From NCBI RefSeq assembly GCF_044704955.1, contig NW_027252691.1:1-64000 (forward strand): a stretch of 64,000 bases of DNA. The letters are read 5' to 3'. Positions 1-12,000 of the stretch are shown piece by piece. This DNA comes from Pristiophorus japonicus (Eukaryota). The translations under genes were made by a program, and so were the position numbers. Below the pieces are notes generated by a model. It was given only the letters and a program-made list of their open reading frames with translations. It ran no database searches and was not told the origin of the DNA. Within the stretch, counting starts at the first letter, position 1. Every line of letters begins with the position of its first letter.

Positions 1-3000
1 GGAGAGTCGGAGGGGGAGGGTCGGTAGGGGGAGAGGGGCATCGTGGGGGGAGTCGGTGGGGGGGTGAGTCGGAGGGTGAAGAGTGAGTCAGGGATAGAGA
101 GAGTCGGGGGGAGTCGGGGAGAGAGAGAGTCAGGGGGAGTCGGGGGGAGAGTTGGCGGAGAGAGTCGAGGGGAGAGCCGGGGGGAGAGTCGGGGGGGAGT
201 CGGAGGGAGTCGGGGGGAGAGTCAGGGGTAGAGTCGGGGGCGGGAGTCGGGAGGGGAAGTCATTGGGGGAGAGGTGGGAGTGGAGAGTTTCGGGGGGAGT
301 GTCGGGGGGAGAGTCGGGGGGGAGAGTCGGGGGGGGAGAGTCGGGGGGGGAGAGTCGGGGGGGAGTGTCGGGGGGGACTGAGGGGAGAGTCGGGGGAGAG
401 AGTCGGGGGGGAGAGTCGGGGGGGAGTGTCGGGGGGGAGTGTCGGGTGGGAGGGTCGGCGGGGAGAGTCGGGGGGCGGGGAGATAGAGTCGGGGGGGAGT
501 GTCGGGGGGGAGTGTCGGGTGGGAGGGTCGGCGGGGAGAGTCGGGGGGCGGGGAGATAGAGTCGGGGGGGAGTGTCGGGGGGGACTGAGGGGAGAGTCGG
601 GGGAGAGAGTCGGGGGAGAGTTGGGGGGGAGTCGGGGGTGATTCGGGGGAGAGAGCCAGGGGGTGGCGAGTCGGGGGAGAGTCGGGGAGGAGTCGGGGGG
701 GGGAGAGGCGGGGGTGGAGAGTTCGGGGGTGGAGAGTTGGGGGGCAGAGTTGGGGGCGAGAGTGGGGTCGAGAGTCGGTGGTGGGGTAGATAGAGTCGGG
801 GGGAGAGTCGGCGGGGAGAGCCGGGGGGGAGAGTCGGGGGGGAGTGTCGGGGGGGAGTGTCGGGGGGGACTGAGGGGAGAGTCGGCGGGGAGAGTCGGGG
901 GGCGGGGAGATAGAGTCGGGGGGGAGTGTCGGGGGGGACTGAGGGGAGAGTCGGGGGAGAGTTGGGGGGGAGTCGGGGGTGGAGAGTTGGGGGGCAGAGT
1001 TGGGGGCGAGAGTCGGGGCGAGAGTCGGTGGTGGGGTAGATAGAGTCGAGGGGATAGTCGGCGGGGAGAGTCGGGGGGTTTGGGGAGTGAGGGTCTGGGG
1101 GGGAGAGTCGCGGCGGGGGGAGGGGAATCGGTGTGGGGTAAATTGGGAGAGAGAAGAGAGAGTCGGGGGGAGTCGGGGGGGAGTCGGGGGGATGTCGGGG
1201 GGAGAGTCGGGGGGAGAGTTGGGGGTGGAGTGTCGGGGGAGTCGGGGGATGCGAGTCAGGGTCTGAAGAGTCAGGAGGGAGAGTCGAGGGGGAGAGTCGG
1301 GGTGTTCTGGGGGTGGAGAGTCGGGCTGGGGGAGAGTCGGGGGAGAGAGAGTCGGGGGAGAGTGAGTCGGGGGAGAGTGAGTCGGGGGAGAGTGAGTCGG
1401 GGGTAGAGTGAGTCGGGGGGAGAGTGAGTCGGGGGAGAGAGAGTCGGGGGAGAGTGAGTCGGGGGAGAGTGAGTCGGGGGAGAGTGAGTCGGGGGAGAGT
1501 GAGTCGGGGCGAGAGAGTCGGGGGAGAGTGAGTCGGGGGAGAGAGAGTCGGGGGAGAGTGAGTCGGGGGCGAGAGAGTCGGGGGAGAGTGAGTCGGGGGC
1601 GAGAGAGTCGGGGGAGAGTGAGTCGGGGGCGAGAGAGTCGGGGGAGAGTGAGTCGGGGGCGAGAGAGTCGGGGGAGAGTGATTCGGGGGGAGAGAGAGTC
1701 GGGGGAGAGTGAGTCGGGGGAGAGAGAGTCGGGGGAGAGTGAGTCGGGGGCGAGAGAGTCGGGGGAGAGTGAGTCGGGGGCGAGAGAGTCGGGGGAGAGA
1801 GAGTCGGGAGGAGAGTGAGTCGGGGGAGAGAGAGTCGGGGGAGAGAGAGTCGGGGGAGAGAGAGTCGGGGGGAGAGTGAGTCGGGGGAGAGAGAGTCGGG
1901 GGAGAGAGAGTCGGGGGAGAGTGAGTCGGGGGGAGAGAGAGTCGGGGGCGAGAGAGTCGGGGGGAGAGAGAGTCGGGGGTGAGTGAGTCGGGGGGAGAGT
2001 GAGTCGGGGGAGAGTGAGTCGGGGGGAGAGTGAGTCGGGGCGAGAGAGTCGGGGGAGAGTGAGTCGGGGGAGAGAGAGTCGGGGGAGAGTGAGTCGGGGG
2101 CGAGAGAGTCAGTGGAGAGTGAGTTGGGGGCGAGAGAGTCGGGGGAGAGTGAGTCGGGGGCGAGAGAGTCGGGGGAGAGTGAGTCGGGGGCGAGAGAGTC
2201 GGGGGAGAGTGAGTCGGGGGTAGAGTGAGTCGGGGGGAGAGTGAGTCGGGGGTAGAGTGAGTCGGGGGGAGAGTGAGTCGGGGGAGAGAGAGTCGGGGGA
2301 GAGTGAGTCGGGGGAGAGTGAGTCGGGGGAGAGTGAGTCGGGGGAGAGAGAGTCGGGGGAGAGAGAGTCGGGGGGAGAGTGATTCGGGGGAGAGTGAGTC
2401 GGGGGAGAGAGAGTCGGGGGAGAGAGAGTCGGGGGGAGAGTGAGTCGGGGGGAGAGTGAGTCGGGGGAGAGAGAGTCGGGGGAGAGTGAGTCGGGGGAGA
2501 GTGAGTCGGGGGGAGAGTGAGTCGGGGGTAGACTGAGTCGGGGGGAGAGTGAGTCGGGGGAGAGAGAGTCGGGGGAGAGTGAGTCGGGGGAGAGTGAGTC
2601 GGGGGAGAGTGAGTCGGGGGAGAGAGAGTCGGGGGAGAGAGAGTCGGGGGAGAGTGAGTCGGGGGGAGAGTGAGTCGGGGGAGAGTGAGTCGGGGGAGAG
2701 AGAGTCGGGGGAGAGAGAGTCGGGGGGAGAGTGAGTCGGGGGGAGAGTGAGTCGGGGGAGAGTGAGTCGGGGGCGAGAGAGTCGGGGGAGAGTGAGTCGG
2801 GGCGAGAGAGTCGGGGGAGAGTGAGTCGGGGGAGAGAGAGTCGGGGGAGAGTGAGTCGGGGGCGAGAGAGTCGGAAGAGAGTGAGTCGGGGGCGAGAGAG
2901 TCGGGGGAGAGTGTGTCGGGGTAGAGTGAGTCGGGGGGAGAGTGAGTCGGGGGAGAGAGAGTCGGGGGAGAGTGAGTCGAGGGAGAGTGAGTCGGGGGAG

Positions 3001-6000
3001 AGTGAGTCGGGGGAGAGAGAGTCGGGGGAGAGAGAGACGGGGGGAGAGTGAGTCGGGGGGAGAGTGAGTCGTGGGAGAGAGAGTCGGGGGAGAGAGAGTC
3101 GGGGGGAGAGTGAGTCGGGGGGAGAGTGAGTCGGGGGAGAGTGAGTCGGGGGCGAGAGAGTCGGGGGAGAGTGAGTCGGGGGCAAGAGAGTCGGGGGAGA
3201 GTGAGTCGGGGGAAGAGAGAGTCGGGGGAGAGTGAGTCGGGGGAGAGAGAGTCGGTGGAGAGTGAGTCGGGGGCGAGAGAGTCGGGGGAGAGTGAGTCGG
3301 GGGCGAGAGAGTCGGGGGAGAGAGAGTCGGGGGGAGAGTGAGTCGGGAGAGAGAGAGTCGGGGGAGAGTGAGTCGGGGGCGAGAGAGTCGGGGGAGAGTG
3401 AGTCGGGGGCGAGAGAGTCGGGGGAGAGTGAGTCGGGGGGAGAGAGAGTCGGGGGAGAGTGAGTCGGGGGAGAGAGAGTCGGGGTAGAGTGAGTCGGGGG
3501 CGAGAGAGTCGGGGGAGAGTGAGTCGGGGGCTAGAGAGTCGGGGGAGAGAGAGTCGGGAGGAGAGTGAGTCGGGGGAGAGAGAGTCGGGGGAGAGAGAGT
3601 CGGGGGAGAGAGAGTCGGGGGGAGAGTGAGTCGGGGGAGAGAGAGTCGGGGGAGAGAGAGTCGGGGGAGAGTGAGTCGGGGGGAGAGAGAGTCGGGGGCG
3701 AGAGAGTCGGGGGGAGAGAGAGTCGGGGGTGAGTGAGTCGGGGGGAGAGTGAGTCGGGGAAGAGTGAGTCGGGGGGAGAGTGAGTCGGGGCGAGAGAGTC
3801 GGGGGAGAGTGAGTCGGGGGAGAGAGAGTCGGGGGAGAGTGAGTCGGGGGCGAGAGAGTCGGTGGAGAGTGAGTTGGGGGCGAGAGAGTCGGGCGAGAGT
3901 GAGTCGGGGGCGAGAGAGTCGGGGGAGAGTGAGTCGGGGGCGAGAGAGTCGGGGGAGAGTGAGTCGGGGGTAGAGTGAGTCGGGGGGAGAGTGAGTCGGG
4001 GGTAGAGTGAGTCGGGGGGAGAGTGAGTCGGGGGAGAGAGAGTCGGGGGAGAGAGAGTCGGGGGAGAGTGAGTCGGGGGAGAGTGAGTCGGGGGAGAGTG
4101 AGTCGGGGGAGAGAGAGTCGGGGGAGAGAGAGTCGGGGGGAGAGTGAGTCGGGGGGAGAGTGATTCGGGGGAGAGTGAGTCGGGGGAGAGAGAGTCGGGG
4201 GAGAGAGAGTCGGGGGGAGAGTGAGTCGGGGGGAGAGTGAGTCAGGGGAGAGTGAGTCGGGGCGAGAGAGTCGGGGGAGAGTGAGTCGGGGAGAGAGAGT
4301 CGGGGAGAGTGAGTCGGGGGGAGAGTGAGTCGGGGGAGAGTGAGTCGGGGAGAGAGAGTCGGGGGAGAGAGAGTCGGGGGAGAGAGAGTCGGGGGGAGAG
4401 TGAGTCAGGGGGAGAGTGAGTCGGGGGAGAGAGAGTCGGGGGAGAGTGAGTCGGGGGCGAGAGAGTCGGGGGAGAGTGAGTCGGGGGCGAGAGAGTCGGG
4501 GGAGAGAGAGTCAGGGGGAGAGTGAGTCGGGGGAGAGAGAGTCGGGGGAGAGTGAGTCGGGGGCGAGAGAGTCGGGGGAGAGTGAGTCGGGGGCGAGAGA
4601 GTCGGGGGAGAGTGAGTCGGGGGGAGAGAGAGTCGGGGAGAGTGAGTCTGGGGAGAGAGAGTCGGGGGAGAGTGAGTCGGGGGCGAGAGAGTCGGGGGAG
4701 AGTGAGTCGGGGGCGAGAGAGTCGGGGGAGAGAGAGTCGGGGGAGAGAGAGTCGGGGGAGAGAGAGTCGGGGGGAGAGTGAGTCGGGGGAGAGGGAGTCG
4801 GGGGAGAGAGAGTCGGGGGAGAGTGAGTCGGGGGCGAGAGAGTCGGGGGAGAGAGAGTCAGGGGGAGAGTGAGTCGGGGGAGAGAGAGTCGGGGGAGAGT
4901 GAGTCGGGGGCGAGAGAGTCGGGGGAGAGTGAGTCGGGGGCGAGAGAGTCGGGGGAGAGTGAGTCGGGGGGAGAGAGAGTCGGGGAGAGTGAGTCTGGGG
5001 AGAGAGAGTCGGGGGAGAGTGAGTCGGGGGCGAGAGAGTCGGGGGAGAGTGAGTCGGGGGCGAGAGAGTCGGGGGAGAGAGAGTCGGGGGAGAGAGAGTC
5101 GGGGGAGAGAGAGTCGGGGGGAGAGTGAGTCGGGGGAGAGGGAGTCGGGGGAGAGAGAGTCGGGGGAGAGTGAGTCGGGGGAGAGTGAGTCGGGGGAGAG
5201 AGAGAGTCGGGGGCGAGAGAGTCGGGGGGAGAGAGAGTCGGGGGAGAGTGAGTCGGGGGGAGAGTGAGTCGGGGGAGAGTGAGTCGGGGGGAGAGTGAGT
5301 CGGGGCGAGAGAGTCGGGGGAGAGTGAGTCGGGGGAGAAAGAGTCGGGGGAGAGTGAGTCGGGGGCGAGAGAGTCGGGGGAGAGTGAGTTGGGGGCGAGA
5401 GAGGCGGGGAGAGTGAGTCGGGGGCGAGAGAGCCGGGGGAGAGTGAGTCGGGGGCGAGAGAGTCGGGGGAGAGTGAGTCGGGGGGGAGAGAGTGTCGGGG
5501 GAGAGTGAGTCGGGGGCGAGAGAGTCGGGGAAGAGTGAGTCGGGGGCGAGAGAGTAGGGGGGAGAGAGAGTCGGGGGTGAGTGAGTCGGGGGGAGAGAGA
5601 GTCGGGGGAGAGTGAGTCGGGGGGAGAGTCTGTGGGAGAGAGAGTCGGGGGGAGAGTGAGTCGGTGGAGAGTGAGTCGGGGGAGAGAGATTCGGGGGAGA
5701 GAGAGTCGGGGGAGAGTGAGTCGGGGGAGAGAGAGACGGGGGAGAGTGAGTCGGTGGCGAGAGAGTCGGGGGAGAGTGAGTCGGGAGGAGAGTGAGTCGG
5801 GGGAGAGAGAGTCGGGGGAAGAGTGAGTTGGGGGAGAGAGAGTCGGGGGAGAGAGAGTCGGGGGAGAGTGAGTCGGGGGGAGAGAGAGTCGGGGGAGAGA
5901 GAGTCGGGGGAGAGAGAGTCGGGGGAAGAGTGAGTTGGGGGAGAGAGAGTCAGGGGAGAGAGAGTCGGGGGAGAGTGAGTCGGGGGGAGAGAGAGTCGGG

Positions 6001-9000
6001 GGCGAGAGAGTCGGGGGGAGAGAGAGTCGGGGGTGAGTGAGTCGGGGGGAGAGTGAGTCGGGGAAGAGTGAGTCGGGGGGAGAGTGAGTCGGGGAGAGAG
6101 AGTCGGGGGAGAGAGAGTCGGGGGAGAGAGTGTCGGGGGAAGAGTGAGTTGGGGGAGAGAGAGTCGGGGGAGAGAGAGTCGGGGGAGAGTGAGTCGGGGG
6201 GAGAGAGAGTCGGGGGAGAGAGAGTCGGGGGAGAGAGAGTCGGGGGAAGAGTGAGTCGGGGGAGAGAGAGTCGGGGGAGAGTGAGTCGGGGGCGAGAGAG
6301 TCGGGGGGAGAGAGAGTCGGGGGTGAGTGAGTCGGGGGGAGAGTGAGTCGGGGAAGAGTGAGTCGGGGGGAGAGTGAGTCGGGGCGAGAGAGTCGGGGGA
6401 GAGTGAGTCGGGGGAGAGAGAGTCGGGGGAGAGTGAGTCGGGGGCGAGAGAGTCGGTGGAGAGTGAGTTGGGGGCGAGAGAGTCGGGCGAGAGTGAGTCG
6501 GGGGCGAGAGAGTCGGGGGAGAGTGAGTCGGGGGCGAGAGAGTCGGGGGAGAGTGAGTCGGGGGTAGAGTGAGTCGGGGGGAGAGTGAGTCGGGGGTAGA
6601 GTGAGTCGGGGGGAGAGTGAGTCGGGGGAGAGAGAGTCGGGGGAGAGTGAGTCGGGGGAGAGTGAGTCGGGGGAGAGTGAGTCGGGGGAGAGAGAGTCGG
6701 GGGAGAGAGAGTCGGGGGGAGAGTGAGTCGGGGCGAGAGAGTCGGGGGAGAGTGAGTCGGGGGAGAGAGAGTCGGGGAGAGTGAGTCGGGGGCGAGAGAG
6801 TCGGGGGAGAGTGAGTCGGGGGTAAAGTGAGTCGGGGGGAGAGTGAGTCGGGGGAGAGAGAGTCGGGGGAGAGTGAGTCGGGGGAGAGTGAGTCGGGGGA
6901 GAGAGAGTCGGGGGAGAGAGAGTCGGGGGGAGAGTGAGTCGGGGGGAGAGTGAGTCGGGGGAGAGTGAGTCGGGGAGAGAGAGTCGGGGGAGAGAGAGTC
7001 GGGGGAGAGAGAGTCGGGGGGAGAGTGAGTCGGGGGGAGAGTGATTCGGGGGAGAGTGAGTCGGGGGAGAGAGAGTCGGGGGAGAGAGAGTCGGGGGGAG
7101 AGTGAGTCGGGGGGAGAGTGAGTCAGGGGAGAGTGAGTCGGGGGCGAGAGAGTCGGGGGAGTGTGAGTCGGGGCGAGAGAGTCGGGGGAGAGTGAGTCGG
7201 GGGAGAGAGAGTCGGGGAGAGTGAGTCGGGGGCGAGAGAGTCGGGGGAGAGTGAGTCGGGGGAGAGTGAGTCGGGGGAGAGAGAGTCGGGGGAGAGAGAG
7301 TCGGGGGGAGAGTGAGTCGGGGGGAGAGTGATTCGGGGGAGAGTGAGTCGGGGGAGAGAGAGTCGGGGGAGAGAGAGTCGGGGGGAGAGTGCGTCGGGGG
7401 GAGAGTGAGTCAGGGGAGAGTGAGTCGGGGGCGAGAGAGTCAGGGGAGAGCGAGTCGGGGCGAGAGAGTCGGGGGAGAGTGAGTCGGGGGAGAGAGAGTC
7501 GGGGAGAGTGAGTCGGGGGGAGAGTGAGTCGGGGGAGAGTGAGTCGGGGAGAGAGAGTCGGGGGAGAGAGAGTCGGGGGAGAGAGAGTCGGGGGGAGAGT
7601 GAGTCAGGGGGAGAGTGAGTCGGGGGAGAGAGAGTCGGGGGAGAGTGAGTCGGGGGCGAGAGAGTCGGGGGAGAGTGAGTCGGGGGCGAGAGAGTCGGGG
7701 GAGAGAGAGTCAGGGGGAGAGTGAGTCGGGGGAGAGAGAGTCGGGGGAGAGTGAGTCGGGGGCGAGAGAGTCGGGGGAGAGTGAGTCGGGGGCGAGAGAG
7801 TCGGGGGAGAGTGAGTCGGGGGGAGAGAGAGTCGGGGAGAGTGAGTCTGGGGAGAGAGAGTCGGGGGAGAGTGAGTCGGGGGCGAGAGAGTCGGGGGAGA
7901 GTGAGTCGGGGGCGAGAGAGTCGGGGGAGAGAGAGTCGGGGGAGAGAGAGTCGGGGGGAGAGTGAGTCGGGGGAGAGAGAGTCGGGGGAGAGTGAGTCAG
8001 GGGAGAGTGAGTCGGGGGAGAGAGAGAGTCGGGGGCGAGAGAGTCGGGGGGAGAGAGAGTCGGGGGAGAGTGAGTCGGGGGGAGAGTGAGTCGGGGGAGA
8101 GTGAGTCGGGGGGAGAGTGAGTCGGGGCGAGAGAGTCGGGGGAGAGTGAGTCGGGGGAGAGAGAGTCGGGGGAGAGTGAGTCGGGGGCGAGAGAGTCGGG
8201 GGAGAGTGAGTTGGGGGCGAGAGAGTCGGGGAGAGTGAGTCGGGGGCGAGAGAGCCGGGGGAGAGTGAGTCGGGGGCGAGAGAGTCGGGGGAGAGTGAGT
8301 CGGGGGGGAGAGAGTGTCGGTGGAGAGTGAGTCGGGGGCGAGAGAGTCGGGGAAGAGTGAGTCGGGGGCGAGAGAGTAGGGGGGAGAGAGAGTCGGGGGT
8401 GAGTGAGTCGGGGGGAGAGAGAGTCGGGGGAGAGTGAGTCGGGGGGAGAGTCTGTGGGAGAGAGAGTCGGGGGGAGAGTGAGTCGGTGGAGAGTGAGTCG
8501 GGGGAGAGAGATTCGGGGGAGAGAGAGTCGGGGGAGAGTGAGTCGGGGGAGAGAGAGTCGGGGGAGAGTGAGTCGGTGGCGAGAGAGTCGGGGGAGAGTG
8601 AGTCGGGAGGAGAGTGAGTCGGGGGAGAGAGAGTCGGGGGAAGAGTGAGTTGGGGGAGAGAGAGTCGGGGGAGAGAGAGTCGGGGGAGAGTGAGTCGGGG
8701 GGAGAGAGAGTCGGGGGAGAGAGAGTCGGGGGAGAGAGAGTCGGGGGAAGAGTGAGTTGGGGGAGAGAGAGTCAGGGGAGAGAGAGTCGGGGGAGAGTGA
8801 GTCGGGGGGAGAGAGAGTCGGGGGCGAGAGAGTCGGGGGGAGAGAGAGTCGGGGGTGAGTGAGTCGGGGGGAGAGTGAGTCGGGGAAGAGTGAGTCGGGG
8901 GGAGAGTGAGTCGGGGAGAGAGAGTCGGGGGAGAGAGAGTCGGGGGAGAGAGAGTCGGGGGAAGAGTGAGTTGGGGGAGAGAGAGTCGGGGGAGAGAGAG

Positions 9001-12000
9001 TCGGGGGAGAGTGAGTCGGGGGGAGAGAGAGTCGGGGGAGAGAGAGTCGGGGGAGAGAGAGTCGGGGGAAGAGTGAGTCGGGGGAGAGAGAGTCGGGGGA
9101 GAGTGAGTCGGGGGCGAAAGAGTCGGGGGGAGAGAGAGTCGGGGGTGAGTGAGTCGGGGGGAGAGTGAGTCGGGGAAGAGTGAGTCGGGGGGAGAGTGAG
9201 TCGGGGCGAGAGAGTTGGGGGAGAGTGAGTCGGGGGAGAGAGAGTCGGGGGAGAGTGAGTGGGGGCGAGAGAGTCGGTGGAGAGTGAGTTGGGGGCGAGA
9301 GAGTCGGGCGAGAGTGAGTCGGGGGCGAGAGAGTCGGGGGAGAGTGAGTCGGGGGCGAGAGAGTCGGGGCAGAGTGAGTCGGGGGTAGAGTGAGTCGGGG
9401 GGAGAGTGAGTCGGGGGTAGAGTGAGTCGGGGGGAGAGTGAGTCGGGGGAGAGAGAGTCGGGGGAGAGTGAGTCGGGGGAGAGTGAGTCGGGGGAGAGAG
9501 AGTCGGGGGAGAGAGAGTCGGGGGGAGAGTGAGTCGGGGGGAGAGTGATTCGGGGGAGAGTGAGTCGGGGGAGAGAGAGTCGGGGGAGAGAGAGTCGGGG
9601 GGAGAGTGAGTCGGGGGGAGAGTGAGTCAGGGGAGAGTGAGTCGGGGGCGAGAGAGTCGGGGGAGAGTGAGTCGGGGCGAGAGAGTCGGGGGAGAGTGAG
9701 TCGGGGGAGAGAGAGTCGGGGAGAGTGAGTCGGGGGCGAGAGAGTCGGGGGAGAGTGAGTCGGGGGTAAAGTGAGTCGGGGGGAGAGTGAGTCGGGGGAG
9801 AGAGAGTCGGGGGAGAGTGAGTCGGGGGAGAGTGAGTCGGGGGAGAGAGAGTCGGGGGAGAGAGAGTCGGGGGGAGAGTGAGTCGGGGGGAGAGTGAGTC
9901 GGGGGAGAGTGAGTCGGGGAGAGAGAGTCGGGGGAGAGAGAGTCGGGGGAGAGAGAGTCGGGGGGAGAGTGAGTCGGGGGGAGAGTGAGTCGGGGGAGAG
10001 AGAGTCGGGGGAGAGTGAGTCGGGGGTGAGAGAGTCGGGGGAGAGTGAGTCGGGGGCGAGAGAGTCGGGGGAGAGAGAGTCAGGGGGAGAGTGAGTCGGG
10101 GGAGAGAGAGTCGGGGGAGAGTGAGTCGGGGGCGAGAGAGTCGGGGGAGAGTGAGTCGGGGGCGAGAGAGTCGGGGGAGAGAGAGTCGGGGAGAGTGAGT
10201 CGGGGGAGAGAGAGTCGGGGGACAGAGAGTCGGGGGAGAGAGAGTCGGGGGAGAGTGAGTCGGGGGGAGAGTGAGTCGGGGGAGAGTGAGTCGGGGGAGA
10301 GAGAGTCGGGGGAGAGAGAGTCGGGGCGAGAGTGAGTCGGGGGGAGAGTGAGTCGGGGGAGAGTGAGTCGGGGGCGAGTGAGTCGGGGGCGAGAGAGTCG
10401 GGGGAGAGTGAGTCGGGGCGAGAGAGTCGGGGGAGAGTGAGTCGGGGGAGAGAGAGTCGGGGGAGAGTGAGTCGGGGGAGAGAGAGTCGGGGGAGAGTGA
10501 GTCGGGGGCGAGAGAGTCGGGGGAGAGTGAGTCGGGGGCGAGAGAGTCGGGGGAGAGTGAGTCGGGGGTAGAGTAAGTCGGGGGGAGAGTGAGTCGGGGG
10601 AGAGAGAGTCGGGGGAGAGTGAGTCGGGGGAGAGTGAGTCGGGGGAGAGTGAGTCGGGGGAGAGAGAGTCGGGGGAGAGAGAGTCGGGGGGAGAGAGTCG
10701 GGGGAGAGAGAGTCGGGGGAGAGAGAGTCGGGGGGAGAGTGAGTCGGGGGGAGAGTGAGTCGGGGGAGAGTGAGTCGGGGGAGAGAGAGTCGGGGGAGAG
10801 AGAGTCGGGGGAGAGAGAGTCGGGGGAGAGTGAGTCGGGGGGAGAGTGAGTCGGGGGAGAGTGAGTCGGGGGCGAGAGAGTCGGGGGAGAGTGAGTCGGG
10901 GCGAGAGAGTCGGGGGAGAGTGAGTCGGGGGAGAGAGAGTCGGGGGGAGAGTGAGTCGGGGGGAGAGTGAGTCGGGGGAGAGTGATTCGGGGAGAGAGAG
11001 TCGGGGGAGAGAGAGTCGGGGGAGAGAGAGTCGGGGGGAGAGTGAGTCGGGGGGAGAGTGATTCGGGGGAGAGTGAGTCGGGGGAGAGAGAGTCGGGGGA
11101 GAGAGAGTCGGGGGGAGAGTGAGTCGGGGGGAGAGTGAGTCAGGGGAGAGTGAGTCGGGGGCGAGAGAGTCGGGGGAGAGTGAGTCGGGGCGAGAGAGTC
11201 GGGGGAGAGTGAGTCGGGGGAGAGAGAGTCGGGGAGAGTGAGTCGGGGGCGAGAGAGTCGGGGAGAGTGAGTCGGGGGAGAGTGAGTCGGGGGAGAGAGA
11301 GTCGGGGGAGAGAGAGTCGGGGGGAGAGTGAGTCGGGGGGAGAGTGATTCGGGGGAGAGTGAGTCGGGGGAGAGAGAGTCGGGGGAGAGAGAGTCGGGGG
11401 GAGAGTGAGTCGGGGGGAGAGTGAGTCAGGGGAGAGTGAGTCGGGGGCGAGAGAGTCAGGGGAGAGTGAGTCGGGGCGAGAGAGTCGGGGGAGAGTGAGT
11501 CGGGGGAGAGAGAGTCGGGGAGAGTGAGTCGGGGGGAGAGTGAGTCGGGGGAGAGTGAGTCGGGGAGAGAGAGTCGGGGGAGAGAGAGTCGGGGGAGAGA
11601 GAGTCGGGGGGAGAGTGAGTCAGGGGGAGAGTGAGTCGGGGGAGAGAGAGTCGGGGGAGAGTGAGTCGGGGGCGAGAGAGTCGGGGGAGAGTGAGTCGGG
11701 GGCGAGAGAGTCGGGGGAGAGAGAGTCAGGGGGAGAGTGAGTCGGGGGAGAGAGAGTCGGGGGAGAGTGAGTCGGGGGCGAGAGAGTCGGGGGAGAGTGA
11801 GTCGGGGGCGAGAGAGTCGGGGGAGAGTGAGTCGGGGGGAGAGAGAGTCGGGGAGAGTGAGTCTGGGGAGAGAGAGTCGGGGGAGAGTGAGTCGGGGGCG
11901 AGAGAGTCGGGGGAGAGTGAGTCGGGGGCGAGAGAGTCGGGGGAGAGAGAGTCGGGGGAGAGAGAGTCGGGGGGAGAGTGAGTCGGGGGAGAGAGAGTCG